A DNA stretch of 64,000 nucleotides from an uncultured Terrimonas sp. Its GTDB lineage: Bacteria; Bacteroidota; Bacteroidia; Chitinophagales; Chitinophagaceae. The position numbers and the translations under genes were made by a program. Below, piece after piece: positions 1 to 10,517 of this stretch; positions within the stretch are counted from its first letter, which is position 1; every line of letters starts with the position of its first letter. Where the stretch lies: positions 3,032 to 67,031 of the forward strand of contig CAZRYS010000028.1 of the NCBI GenBank assembly GCA_964604365.1, given 5' to 3'. Under the pieces are notes generated by a model. It was not told the origin of the DNA. It saw only the letters and a program-made list of their open reading frames with translations, and searched no databases.

Positions 1-1
1 C

Positions 2-2257
2 TACTTTTGGGGTTGGTTTATTGCTAACAATGGTTGAGATAACGCTTTTCTTTTTAGGGGGTGCACCATATTGCTGCTCCGCTTTCCAGCTTTCGGATTG
101 TGTTCCGCTGAAACCCCGGTTCATTCTTTGGAATGCGGAACCTGCATTACCGGTGTTTCTTGAACCGCCGCCGGCATAAGTTCTGTCCAGGTAGCTCTCC
201 GGTATCTCATTGATGAAGCGGCTGGGCTCATTCTGCACCAGGTTGCCAAAGCGATAGCGTGCGTTGGCATGCGTAATCCAAAGCTTTTGTTTGGCTCGGG
301 TGACAACCACATAAAACAGGCGGCGTTCTTCTTCGAGTTCCTCCCGGCTATTGATACTAAGTGCGCTGGGAAATAAGTTTTCTTCCAACCCGGCTGCAAA
401 CACACAGGAAAATTCAAGTCCCTTTGCGGCATGGATGGTCATAAGCTTTACAGTATCTGCATTGGGATCTTTTTCTTCCGCGTCAGTCAGCAATGTTATT
501 TGTTGCAGGTAAGCACCAAGGCTTGCATCTCTATCATCTGGGTTTGTTTCGGTGGGTGTTGCATCTTCTGCTGGTACCTGAGAATCAGGTTGTGCAAACA
601 AGCCGAAAGAAATATCTTCCATGGCATCTTTCAGATCCATTTCTTCTCCCTCTTCCACAAAACCAGCCTTGTCTCCGGCATCAATCCACTCTTTAATGGA
701 GTTCAGCAGCTCTTGGATATTTTCGTAGCGGGCAACGCCTTCTGTACTTTTATCATTGAAAAGCTCTTTTACAAAATTGGTTTGCTTGCCAACATGCATT
801 GCTATTTCGTATGCATTTTTGTTTTTCAACATGCTGGTAAAGCTCTTAATCATCAGCACAAAGTTCTCTATTGCTTCCAGCGTACCCGCTTTATAGCCAA
901 AATCCCGTGCCCGTTCCAATACCTCCCAAAATGAAATATTGTTTTCGTTGGCCGCCAGGATAGCCCTGTCCACTGAAGTCTTGCCTATTCCCCTTGCCGG
1001 GTAGTTAATAATTCTTTTCAGTGCTTCCTCATCGTGTGGGTTTACCAATATTCGCAGATAAGCCACATAGTCCTTTATCTCTTTGCGCTGATAGAAACTA
1101 ATGCCGCCATATATGGTGTACGCAATACCAAGGCGTCGTAAAGCCTCCTCAAATGCGCGGCTTTGCGCATTTGTACGATATAAAATAGCGAAATCTTTAT
1201 TAAAAAAGTGGTTGCGCAATTTTTGCTCTTTGATGGTTTCTGCCACATATTTCCCTTCCTCATTATCCGTCATCGTACGCACCAGTCTTATCTTTTCACC
1301 CTTTGTATTTTCTGTAAAGAGTTTTTTCTCTATCTGCCCCTTATTATTACTGATGATTTCGTTGGCTACGTCCAGTATATTTTGTGTGCTGCGGTAATTC
1401 TGTTCCAGCTTTACAACTTTTACATCGTCGTAGTCTTTTTGAAACTGAAGAATATTTTCGATAGTAGCCCCACGGAAGCTGTATATACTTTGCGCATCAT
1501 CGCCTACCACACACACATTTTCGTGCATTGCGCCCAGTAACTTAATGATCTCATACTGGGCAGGGTTGGTATCCTGGTACTCGTCTATCAATATGTATTT
1601 GAACTTACGCTGAAACTTACTCAGAGACTCCGGAAAGTTTTTAAGTAACTCATACATCTTCACCAACAAATCATCGAAATCCATCGCCCCGTTTTTAAAG
1701 CAACGTTTCACATAGGCATCAAACAACTTTCCGATCAGCGGCCTGTGGCTACGCAAATCCTCTTGTTGAATATTGTGATCATTGATATATTCTTCCGGGG
1801 TTACCAATGCATTCTTAGCGGAAGAAATTCTGTTGTATACATTATTGGGCTTATAGGTTTTGTCATCCAGGTTCATTTCATTTATGACTGTTTTCAACAC
1901 GCTTTTAGCGTCGTCGGTGTCATAAATGGTAAAGTTGCTGGGGTAACCCAATTTGGTGGCTTCTCCACGCAAAATGCGCGCAAATACACTATGAAAAGTA
2001 CCAATGTATAAATTTCGGGCTTCGTTGTTGCCAAGGATATGTTCAATCCGCTCTTTCATTTCCTTGGCAGCCTTATTGGTAAAAGTGAGCGCCAGAATGT
2101 TAAACGCATCCACTCCATTAGCCATGAGGTGCGCTATGCGGGTAGTTAGCACTTTCGTTTTTCCGCTTCCTGCCCCTGCAATGATCATGATGGGGCCGTC
2201 TTTATGTAGTACGGCTGTTTGCTGCCTTTCATTCAATCCCTTAATATAGTCCTGCAT
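2..2257 (-). CDS. pcrA: ATP-dependent DNA helicase PcrA/UvrD (3' end runs off the left edge)
   Basis: Translated by hand from ATG at 2257: MQDYIKGLNERQQTAVLHKDGPIMIIAGAGSGKTKVLTTRIAHL (Walker A); the TIHAAKGLEF motif near 420-440 is in the same frame. Missing from the ORF track because the stop lies outside the window. Confidence 0.95.
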   Translation of the reverse strand, partial: MQDYIKGLNERQQTAVLHKDGPIMIIAGAGSGKTKVLTTRIAHLMANGVDAFNILALTFTNKAAKEMKERIEHILGNNEARNLYIGTFHSVFARILRGEATKLGYPSNFTIYDTDDAKSVLKTVINEMNLDDKTYKPNNVYNRISSAKNALVTPEEYINDHNIQQEDLRSHRPLIGKLFDAYVKRCFKNGAMDFDDLLVKMYELLKNFPESLSKFQRKFKYILIDEYQDTNPAQYEIIKLLGAMHENVCVVGDDAQSIYSFRGATIENILQFQKDYDDVKVVKLEQNYRSTQNILDVANEIISNNKGQIEKKLFTENTKGEKIRLVRTMTDNEEGKYVAETIKEQKLRNHFFNKDFAILYRTNAQSRAFEEALRRLGIAYTIYGGISFYQRKEIKDYVAYLRILVNPHDEEALKRIINYPARGIGKTSVDRAILAANENNISFWEVLERARDFGYKAGTLEAIENFVLMIKSFTSMLKNKNAYEIAMHVGKQTNFVKELFNDKSTEGVARYENIQELLNSIKEWIDAGDKAGFVEEGEEMDLKDAMEDISFGLFAQPDSQVPAEDATPTETNPDDRDASLGAYLQQITLLTDAEEKDPNADTVKLMTIHAAKGLEFSCVFAAGLEENLFPSALSINSREELEEERRLFYVVVTRAKQKLWITHANARYRFGNLVQNEPSRFINEIPESYLDRTYAGGGSRNTGNAGSAFQRMNRGFSGTQSESWKAEQQYGAPPKKKSVISTIVSNKPTPKV

Positions 2258-2335
2258 GGCTGCAAGTTAATCAAAAGACCCTTTTTGTCAATGAGAATTG
2301 GTCAGCAATAGACTTTAGCGAAGTCGTTAATTTTA

Positions 2336-3562
2336 TTATTCATAAATAAGATGAGTAAGTAACCCATCTCTTAATTTCGGCTCAAACCAGGTGCTTTTTG
2401 GTGGCATTACCTCACCACTGTCCGCAATATCAAACAATTGTTCTATGCTTACCGGGAACAAACTGAAAGCAATTTTCATCTCACCACTATTTACCCTGGT
2501 TTCCAGCTCTGACACTCCCCTGATGCCACCAACAAAATCAATGCGGGTATCTGTGCGAGGGTCCTGAATACCCAGCAGTTTATTAAGGATATTATTCTGT
2601 AAAATGGTAACATCCAGTACACCGACGGGCGTTTCTTCAAAACTGCCTGGTTTGGCGGTTAGTTTATACCATTGACCATCCAGGTACATTCCAAATGTAT
2701 GGAGTTGCTGTGGGGAGTAGGCTTTTCTTATTTTTTCTATGTCGAAGTTTTCAGCCACTAATTGCAAAAACTCCTCAGCAGCATGTCCATTAAGGTCTTT
2801 AACCAATCGGTTGTAATCCATAATGTATAACTGAGAGGCCGGAAACAAAGTAGTCAGAAAATGGTCGGAACTTTTATATTTCCCTATAGCCTGTCTCACC
2901 TTGGCGGCACTGGCGGCCCGGTGATGTCCATCAGCTATATAGGTATTCTCTACTTTTTCCGTAAAAAGAGTGGTTATACTTTCAATAACCTTATCGTCCG
3001 TCACAACCCAGATGGTGTGGTTAATGTTGTCATCTGCTATAAAATCATATACCGGCGATTTATCCGTCTGCCACTTTTCAATCAATTGATCAATTTCGGG
3101 TACGTTTTTATACGCCAGAAAAACATTGCCGGTTTGTGCCCCGGTGGTAGTAATGTGGTTGATGCGGTCCTGTTCTTTTTCAGGTCTGGTGAATTCATGT
3201 TTTTTGATGATATTACTTTCGTAATCATCGATAGCCGATGCACATACTATACCAGTCTGGCTTTTTCCATTCATCACCAATTTATAGATATAATAACAGG
3301 ACTTGTTTTCTGTAAACAATACTTCCCGCTGCATAAAGGCTTTAAGATTGTCTTTCGCTTTTTCATATACTTCTTGAGAATGAATATCAGTCTCATCGGG
3401 CAAATCAATCTCTGATTTGGTGATATGCAGAAAGGAGTTGGGATTGCCTCGTGCTTCTTCTTTTGCTTCTTTACTGTTCAATACATCGTAGGGCTTGGAC
3501 GCCACCTGTTTCGCAAATTGAGCATGGGGCCGCAAAGCCTTAAAGGGAGTTATAATGGACAT
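2336..3562 (-). CDS. DUF1015 family protein
   Basis: 408 aa; PYDV, HEFTRPEKEQDR, IADGHHR and PPKSTWFEPKLRDGL motifs; directly downstream of serC. Confidence 0.9.
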   Translation of the reverse strand: MSIITPFKALRPHAQFAKQVASKPYDVLNSKEAKEEARGNPNSFLHITKSEIDLPDETDIHSQEVYEKAKDNLKAFMQREVLFTENKSCYYIYKLVMNGKSQTGIVCASAIDDYESNIIKKHEFTRPEKEQDRINHITTTGAQTGNVFLAYKNVPEIDQLIEKWQTDKSPVYDFIADDNINHTIWVVTDDKVIESITTLFTEKVENTYIADGHHRAASAAKVRQAIGKYKSSDHFLTTLFPASQLYIMDYNRLVKDLNGHAAEEFLQLVAENFDIEKIRKAYSPQQLHTFGMYLDGQWYKLTAKPGSFEETPVGVLDVTILQNNILNKLLGIQDPRTDTRIDFVGGIRGVSELETRVNSGEMKIAFSLFPVSIEQLFDIADSGEVMPPKSTWFEPKLRDGLLTHLIYE

Positions 3563-3579
3563 GGTTTTCTCGCTAATTT

Positions 3580-4647
3580 TTACGCATTCTTCAATGCAAA
3601 ATGTTTCATCAACTCAGTAAGGGTGACTACACTACTTAAAGGCAGGGCGTTATATAAAGATATCCTGAATCCACCAACGCTTCTATGCCCTTTTACGCCG
3701 ACCATGCCTTCTTTTTTGCACAGATCAAGAAATGCTTTTTCTAATTGAGCGTCTTCCATCACAAAAACGGCATTCATTTTACTCCTGTCTTCTTTGTTAA
3801 CGGTTGGCTTAAATACCGGAAGGCTATCAAGTGTATCGTACAGCAATGCAGCTTTTTCGTCGTTTAGTTTTTCTATAGCCGACACGCCCCCTTGTTCTTT
3901 CAGCCACCGCAATGTAAGCATACATACGTAGATGGCAAACACCGGCGGGGTGTTCAACATGGAGCCGTTTTCAATATGTTTCCGGTAGTCCATCATTGAA
4001 GGCATTTTTCTGCTTGTCTTTCCGAGTATCGAAGGATTTACTACTACCATATTTACACCAGCAGCGCCAATATTCTTTTGTGCACCGGCATATATCAGGT
4101 CAAAACGATTGAAATCCATCTCGCGGCTCAGGATATCGCTACTCATGTCGGCAACGAGCGGTACTGTTGTTTCCGGAATGGCGTGCATTTGTGTTCCTTC
4201 AACCGTATTGTTGGTTGTGTAATGAAAATACTTCGCATTGGACGGAATCGTGAAACCTTTGGGGATATAAGTATAGTTTTTGTCTTTGGAACTGGCTACC
4301 ACTTCTACCTTGCCAAACAATCCAGCTTCTTTTATTGGTTTACTACCCCAGGTGCCACAGTCCAGGTAGGCTGCCATTTCATGTTCGTCCAGCAAATTCA
4401 TCGGTATCTGAAAAAACTGTGTGGTGGCACCGCCATGCAGAAACAATACTTCATGGTGAGCATCCAGGTGCATCAGTTCTTTAGTAAGTGCAATTGCTTC
4501 ATTTAGTACCGCTTCAAATAAGGGGGTTCGGTGCCCTATTTCCAGGATAGAGAGCCCTGTATCATTGAAATTTATAATTGCCTGACTTGCCTGTTCAAAC
4601 ACTTGCCGGGGTAAAATACTAGGCCCGGCATTAAAATTGTGCATCAT
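3580..4647 (-). CDS. serC: Phosphoserine aminotransferase
   Basis: HNFNAGPSILP N-terminus, ADMSSD, YAGAQKNIG (PLP lysine), NTPP, GHRSVGGFR. Confidence 0.96.
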   Translation of the reverse strand: MMHNFNAGPSILPRQVFEQASQAIINFNDTGLSILEIGHRTPLFEAVLNEAIALTKELMHLDAHHEVLFLHGGATTQFFQIPMNLLDEHEMAAYLDCGTWGSKPIKEAGLFGKVEVVASSKDKNYTYIPKGFTIPSNAKYFHYTTNNTVEGTQMHAIPETTVPLVADMSSDILSREMDFNRFDLIYAGAQKNIGAAGVNMVVVNPSILGKTSRKMPSMMDYRKHIENGSMLNTPPVFAIYVCMLTLRWLKEQGGVSAIEKLNDEKAALLYDTLDSLPVFKPTVNKEDRSKMNAVFVMEDAQLEKAFLDLCKKEGMVGVKGHRSVGGFRISLYNALPLSSVVTLTELMKHFALKNA

Positions 4648-4818
4648 TGTGTGGAATATTGTTATTTAATCCAATGCATGGCCCGTCCTGCATTTATTAT
4701 TGTGGGACAGAACTAATCGTTGAGGATGGCAAATATACATTAAAACCGGAAAAGTACCGGCAATAAAAAAGAGGACAACCAGTGCTGCCCTCTTTCAATT
4801 CGGTATCAGTTTAGCTGA

Positions 4819-5127
4819 TTAATAGCGGCTACGGCTGTCAGCAAAAGACCGCCTGTTTCCACCACCACCGTTGTTGCTGCGCTCTTCGCGAGGCTTAGCT
4901 TCAGTAACGGTAATTGCTCTACCTTCTACTACTCCTTTATCCAATTCGGCGATAGCTTTTTTAGCCTCTTCGTCATTTGGCATTTCCACAAAACCAAATC
5001 CACGGCTACGACCAGTGTATTTGTCAGTAATTACTCTGGCTGAAGAAACTTCACCATACTCTTCAAAAAACGCTTTTAAGTCTTCATCAACAACGTTGAA
5101 GCTTAAATTTGAAACATAAATGTTCAT
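4819..5127 (-). CDS. RRM-domain RNA-binding protein with Gly-rich tail
   Basis: MNIYVSNL (RNP2), RGFGFVEM (RNP1), GGGG/RR tail. Confidence 0.95.
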   Translation of the reverse strand: MNIYVSNLSFNVVDEDLKAFFEEYGEVSSARVITDKYTGRSRGFGFVEMPNDEEAKKAIAELDKGVVEGRAITVTEAKPREERSNNGGGGNRRSFADSRSRY

Positions 5128-5598
5128 TCAATAAAAAATTAAATTAAAAAAGAATCTGAGAAAACAGGGAAGTAAACAAGACTGAACTATTAGCAGATTT
5201 TGCGTAGCAGATTAAATCATATCACTTGCCGGGACTGTAAGAACTCAAATTTGACGCGCAAAGTTAATGATTTTCTATTAGAATTCAATCTTTAATTTAA
5301 AATAAATTCCGTCGGTTGCTTTTTGATAATAAAGCAGAAAAATCATAACACACCTATGATGTTAATTTACAGCGTAATTTCTTTTAACATTTTAATCTTA
5401 TATCACACTCGCCTGTAAAAAAAACTGGATTCCATTTTTCTATCCGACTAAAAACGAAGCTGCATTTTGTACTTCGAAGCGGTTTTAAAAATTCACATGC
5501 TGTTGATAATTATATCTATGGAAGTATGATCCCATTTGATTAAATTTGGAGGTAACGAAAAACGCCTGTGAAAACCAGTGCTATTGTGAAAATTAAAT

Positions 5599-6627
5599 TT
5601 GAATCACTTGACGGAAACAATCATCAGCCTCGATACCGTTAACCCTATAGAGTTTTTTGGTGTTAACAATGGAAAATTAGACTTACTCAAAAAAAAGTTC
5701 CCTTTACTCAAGATTCTGAGCCGCGGCACCCAATTAAAACTAAGCGGGTCGCAAGAACAGATTGAAACAGCAAAAGAAAAAATTGAATTATTGGTGCAGT
5801 TCCTGGAAAGGAACGGGCACGTGAGTGAGAATTATTTTGAGCAGATACTGGGTGGAGACGATGGAGAAATAATCGACAATTTTGTGGAGCGAAATCCCAA
5901 TGAAGTTCTGGTATTTGGTCCTAATGGTAAAAGCGTTCGTGCCAGAACCGCCAATCAAAAGCGACTGGTGACTGCCGCCGACAAAAATGATATTGTATTT
6001 GCTATCGGACCTGCCGGTACTGGTAAAACATATACGGCCGTGGCATTAGCCGTGAGGGCGCTGAAAAATAAGTCGGTTAAAAAGATCATTCTTACCCGTC
6101 CTGCGGTAGAGGCAGGCGAAAGTTTGGGCTTTTTGCCAGGTGACCTGAAGGAAAAGATTGACCCTTATCTGAGACCGTTATACGATGCGCTGGATGACAT
6201 GATCCCGGCGGACAAACTGGGCTACTATATGAGTACAAGGATTATAGAAATAGCACCCCTGGCTTATATGCGTGGACGAACCCTGGACAATGCTTTTATC
6301 ATTCTGGACGAGGCGCAAAATGCGACGGATTTACAAATAAAAATGTTTCTGACCCGTATCGGCGCAAATGCCAAAGCTATCATCACGGGCGACCTTACCC
6401 AGGTGGATTTGCCCAAGCACCAATCGAGCGGGCTGGAGAAAGCCACCCGGATACTACAGAACATTGATGGAATCACCCATATTGAACTGGATGAAGAAGA
6501 CGTGGTACGACACCGCCTGGTAAGAGCCATTATCAGGGCTTACGACCGCGATTTTGACAACCAGAAAGAGAGGGAACCCAAAAGAGTGATTAAATCAGGA
6601 CAAAAGCCGGAAGATTCAGGGCAGTAA
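5599..6627 (+). CDS. phoH: PhoH-family ATPase
   Basis: GPAGTGKT, RPAVEAGESLGFLPGD, YMRGRTL, LDEAQN, GDLTQVDLP; TTG start; TAAATTTG promoter-like element near 5541-5549. Confidence 0.93.
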   Translation: MNHLTETIISLDTVNPIEFFGVNNGKLDLLKKKFPLLKILSRGTQLKLSGSQEQIETAKEKIELLVQFLERNGHVSENYFEQILGGDDGEIIDNFVERNPNEVLVFGPNGKSVRARTANQKRLVTAADKNDIVFAIGPAGTGKTYTAVALAVRALKNKSVKKIILTRPAVEAGESLGFLPGDLKEKIDPYLRPLYDALDDMIPADKLGYYMSTRIIEIAPLAYMRGRTLDNAFIILDEAQNATDLQIKMFLTRIGANAKAIITGDLTQVDLPKHQSSGLEKATRILQNIDGITHIELDEEDVVRHRLVRAIIRAYDRDFDNQKEREPKRVIKSGQKPEDSGQ

Positions 6628-6637
6628 TGGCATAAAA

Positions 6638-6660
6638 AAACAGCTCCACAGGAGCTGTTT
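6638..6660. terminator. Bidirectional intrinsic terminator between phoH and rpmH
   Basis: aaacagctcc-aca-ggagctgttt, a perfect 10-bp stem between convergent genes. Confidence 0.8.
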
Positions 6661-6681
6661 ACACCTGCGGTGTATAATTTT

Positions 6682-6837
6682 TTACTTAGCGCCTTTTTCG
6701 TCGGAAACAGTTAGCTTTTTCCTTCCTTTCTTGCGGCGGCTGGCCAATACTTTACGACCATTGGCTGTTTGCATACGCTGGCGGAAACCGTGTACGCTTT
6801 TACGACGACGCTTATGTGGTTGAAATGTACGTTTCAT
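6682..6837 (-). CDS. rpmH: 50S ribosomal protein L34
   Basis: Hand translation [51 protein letters not shown] (51 aa, below the ORF-track cut-off). Confidence 0.98.
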   Translation of the reverse strand: MKRTFQPHKRRRKSVHGFRQRMQTANGRKVLASRRKKGRKKLTVSDEKGAK

Positions 6838-7186
6838 AATTTTTTTACTTTACACTTTCAAAAATTGTAGTTCGGAGAAGCGAACTGTTTCAAACCAATT
6901 TACCTTTTTCAGACGGGTCACCACACCCATTCTGCCTCCAGGTTGGATGAAAGGACGGCAAAGGTAAGATTTCGGATTGAATATGGAGACAGAATTTTAT
7001 GTCTTTTTGAGAGGATTGTTCATTTTCCGATGGCTAATTGTTTTCACTTAGTCAGGTAAAATTGATTTATAATACCAAAGTACCCCGTTCCAGCGTTTAA
7101 ACGAAAACAAGTAACCATTAAATGATGATTAGGTAACTGGAAACGATAGATTTTCAATTTTGTACACATTATGAATTTACTTTACT

Positions 7187-7588
7187 TTGTCAAAAAATGC
7201 TGAAATGCAGGATCTCATCCATTCTGAAAATATAGACCTGAAAAAAACGCGCAACACGCTTTGGGACGCTGCATGTTTGATTGTGGTGGGTGAGATTGTG
7301 GCATTATTGGCAAACGGTCAATTTTCATGGTTAGTGACCCTGATTACGCTAGTTGAGGTTCTTATCTTCCTTATTCTTTCATTTATTGCCCTCAAAAGCC
7401 CTTACAACGCAATCTTCATAGCATTGACAATTTTTATTGCTGGTTCCTTTATGGCGGCGCTAGTAAAACCCAGTTTTCTGGGTGGGAGCATTGTTATCAA
7501 AATCTTCATTCTTATATACCTGGTTCGCGCCATTCCTGACGCCCGGCACACACAGTTACATTTGAGAAATAAAATAGTCGGGAGCTGA
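7187..7588 (+). CDS. Hypothetical membrane protein (about 4 TM segments)
   Basis: 133-aa ORF with hydrophobic stretches; start may be TTG 7187 or ATG 7206. Confidence 0.7.
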   Translation: MSKNAEMQDLIHSENIDLKKTRNTLWDAACLIVVGEIVALLANGQFSWLVTLITLVEVLIFLILSFIALKSPYNAIFIALTIFIAGSFMAALVKPSFLGGSIVIKIFILIYLVRAIPDARHTQLHLRNKIVGS

Positions 7589-7672
7589 TCGACTGTCCAA
7601 AATCATCCCGGATAAACGCTGCTGGATTCCCAAAAATTCGGTGAAATCAATTTCTCTAAGTACTTTCACGCC

Positions 7673-8629
7673 ATGAGTACGATAAGAATTGGTACCCGGG
7701 ATAGTGAACTGGCTACCTGGCAGGCCAAAAAAGTACAATCGTTATTAAAAGAAAAAGGCGTAGACAGTGAATTGGTGCTGATAAAAAGTGAAGGTGATAT
7801 CAACCTTACAGTACCGCTGTACGAAATGGGCATACAGGGTATTTTTACGCGGGCATTGGATATCGCTCTATTGGAGCATACAATAGATATTGCTGTCCAT
7901 TCCTATAAAGACGTGCCCACCCAATTGGCAAAAGGACTGGTAAAAGCTGCTATTTTAGAAAGAGACTCCTATAAGGATTTATTGGTATTTAAACCAGGGA
8001 GCGAATCGGTAGCAGCCGATCTTGGCTATCATAACGGAGTTTGGCTGGAGGCACCCCCAAGCAATTTTTTAATAGCAACCAGCAGTACCCGTAGAAAAGC
8101 GCAATGGCTCCATCGATATCCCGCACATAGAATAGAAAACCTACGGGGTAATGTGAATCGCCGGTTGCAAAAACTGGCGGAAAGCAGTTGGCAAGGAGCT
8201 ATCTTTGCAGCAGCAGGATTGGATAGGATACAGGTACGTCCTGAAACAAGTATTGAGTTGGATTGGATGCTCCCTGCGCCGGCGCAAGGCACTGTGATGG
8301 CAGTAACCCGGGAGAACGACAGTAGCTTATTGGCTATTTGTGACACTTTCAATCATCGGGATACGGAAATTTGCACCGGGGTAGAAAGGGACTTTCTGAG
8401 AGAGTTAGGAGGGGGCTGTGCCACGCCAATGGGAGCACTGACGGTAATAAAAGACAATAAATTGCAGTTTCGTGGCAACCTGGTATCCGTAGACGGGAGC
8501 ACAAAAATAGAAACCGAGTGGGCCGGGGCTATAGAAGAAGCAGAGAATGTGGGAGTACTGGCAGCTCAAGATATCCTAAAAAAAGGTGGAAAACCAATAA
8601 TTGAATCAATTCGCAATGGCGGAACATAG
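7673..8629 (+). CDS. hemC: Hydroxymethylbilane synthase (porphobilinogen deaminase)
   Basis: IRIGTRDSELATWQA, DIAVHSYKDVP, LRGNVNRRL, GGGCATPMG. Confidence 0.96.
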   Translation: MSTIRIGTRDSELATWQAKKVQSLLKEKGVDSELVLIKSEGDINLTVPLYEMGIQGIFTRALDIALLEHTIDIAVHSYKDVPTQLAKGLVKAAILERDSYKDLLVFKPGSESVAADLGYHNGVWLEAPPSNFLIATSSTRRKAQWLHRYPAHRIENLRGNVNRRLQKLAESSWQGAIFAAAGLDRIQVRPETSIELDWMLPAPAQGTVMAVTRENDSSLLAICDTFNHRDTEICTGVERDFLRELGGGCATPMGALTVIKDNKLQFRGNLVSVDGSTKIETEWAGAIEEAENVGVLAAQDILKKGGKPIIESIRNGGT

Positions 8630-9350
8630 TGTACAAATATTGTCAACCCGACAACTGAAGAAAGAGCTGATAGAAAAAGCCGGCGAACGTCATATTCAGG
8701 CAGATGCGGAGGCTTTTATCCAGCATATTCCCGAATTTTCTTTACAGTTGTCAAATGCTATTCGCCAGTTGTCGCAGCAGCCGGCCATCGTTGTATTCAC
8801 AAGCGTTCATGCCGTAGAAGTAGTGAAAGCGGAATTGGATGGCATTGTACCGCCTTGGAAAATATTCAGTACGGGTGGCGCTACCAGGGAGGCCCTATTG
8901 GAAATTTTTACGGAAGCAAACATTATCGGCACCGCAAAGACAGCCGGTAGCCTCGCAGAAAAAATATTACAATATCCCGATATTGCCGAAGTCGTATTCT
9001 TTTGTAGCAAACAAAGGTTAAATGATTTGCCCGAAAAACTGGCGGCATCGGGGGTTGCAGTAAATGAAAAGATAGTATACCAAACAGTAGGCACGCCGAT
9101 AGCTATTGATAAAGACTATGATGCCATACTTTTTTTCAGTCCCAGTGCTGTGCACAGTTTTTTTTCCATCAATACGATACCGCTGAGTGTTACACTGTTC
9201 TCTATCGGAAAAACCACTACTGCTACCATCGAGTCTTACTGTGGAAACGAAGTAGTAACCAGCCAATGGCCCGGTGAGGCCAACCTTATAGATTTAGTGA
9301 TAGCGTACTACGGTAAAACAGCCGCTGGCGAAATACAGGAGACTAAATAA
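8616..9350 (+). CDS. hemD: Uroporphyrinogen-III synthase
   Basis: VFTSVHAV, YQTV, FFSPSAV and IGKTT motifs; overlaps the hemC end; ATG 8616 preferred over the TTG at 8601. Confidence 0.88.
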   Translation: MAEHSVQILSTRQLKKELIEKAGERHIQADAEAFIQHIPEFSLQLSNAIRQLSQQPAIVVFTSVHAVEVVKAELDGIVPPWKIFSTGGATREALLEIFTEANIIGTAKTAGSLAEKILQYPDIAEVVFFCSKQRLNDLPEKLAASGVAVNEKIVYQTVGTPIAIDKDYDAILFFSPSAVHSFFSINTIPLSVTLFSIGKTTTATIESYCGNEVVTSQWPGEANLIDLVIAYYGKTAAGEIQETK

Positions 9351-9393
9351 AAATATGTGGCAGAAAATATCGCAATGATATTTAAGTGCCAAA

Positions 9394-10446
9394 ATGCGGA
9401 ATAAAAATATGCAGATGAAAAATGATTTGTTGCTAAGAACATTGAATGGAGAAGTTACCAGCCGCCCACCGGTTTGGATGATGCGCCAGGCAGGACGTTA
9501 TTTGCCGGAGTATATGGTATTACGCGAAAAGTATGGTTTTTTTGAAAGATGTCAAACGCCGGAATTGGCCTGCGAAATAACCCTGCAACCAATTGATATA
9601 GTGGGAGTGGATGCCGCCATCTTGTTTTCAGATATACTGGTTGTGCCACAGGCAATGGGACTGGAAGTGCAGTTGGTAGAAAGTAAAGGTCCCTGGTTGC
9701 CGGATCCTATAAAAACAGCAAAAGATATGCAACGGGTAAGAGTACCCGATGTAAATGAGACCTTACAGTACGTTTTTGACGCCATCCGGCTGATAAAAAA
9801 AGAATTGAACGGTAGAGCGCCTTTAATCGGCTTTGCCGGCGCACCCTGGACTATTTTGTGTTATATGGTGCAAGGCAAGGGAAGCAAGACTTTTGATGAA
9901 GCCAAAGCATTTTGTTATACACAGCCAGCTTTGGCAGAGCAGTTGCTGCAAATGATCACCGATACCACCATTGCCTACCTTAAAGGACAGGTGAAGGCGG
10001 GTGCAGACACTGTACAGATTTTCGACAGTTGGGGTGGGTTGTTGGGACCGGTCGATTTTGAACATATTTCGCTGAAGTATATCCGGCAGATAGTGGCTGC
10101 ACTGAAAGATGAGGTGCCGGTGATCATATTTGCTAAAGGCGCCTGGCATAGCCTGGACGCTATGGCTGCCACCGGTGCAGCGGGCTTAGGTATTGATTGG
10201 TGCATCACCGCTGATAATGCTCGTCAGTTTTCAGGTAACAATATTACATTGCAGGGCAACTTTGATCCGGCAAAACTGTTATCGCCCATACCTGTTATAC
10301 AAAAGGAGGTACGAAATATGATAAAGGCATTTGGTAATAAACAGTACATAGCCAACCTTGGACATGGAATATTGCCCAATGTGCCGGTTGATCATGCCCG
10401 TGCTTTTGTAGATACAGTGAAGGAGAGCGAGCTGTTATTTGCCTGA
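9394..10446 (+). CDS. hemE: Uroporphyrinogen decarboxylase
   Basis: [40 protein letters not shown]. Confidence 0.97.
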   Translation: MRNKNMQMKNDLLLRTLNGEVTSRPPVWMMRQAGRYLPEYMVLREKYGFFERCQTPELACEITLQPIDIVGVDAAILFSDILVVPQAMGLEVQLVESKGPWLPDPIKTAKDMQRVRVPDVNETLQYVFDAIRLIKKELNGRAPLIGFAGAPWTILCYMVQGKGSKTFDEAKAFCYTQPALAEQLLQMITDTTIAYLKGQVKAGADTVQIFDSWGGLLGPVDFEHISLKYIRQIVAALKDEVPVIIFAKGAWHSLDAMAATGAAGLGIDWCITADNARQFSGNNITLQGNFDPAKLLSPIPVIQKEVRNMIKAFGNKQYIANLGHGILPNVPVDHARAFVDTVKESELLFA

Positions 10447-10517
10447 TTAAATTTAACTGCTTTACTGACGAATCTTTTCTCATAGTTGATTGTAATCAGG
10501 CAATCTGTCTATAGCAG

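Noticed and set aside
121-2249. Several short ORFs in the ORF track
   Set aside because: They are shadow frames of the pcrA gene, which the track missed because its stop is outside the window.
5128-7186. Possible replication origin near rpmH
   Set aside because: No cluster of TTATCCACA-like DnaA boxes and no dnaA; the AT-rich stretches are explained as promoters.
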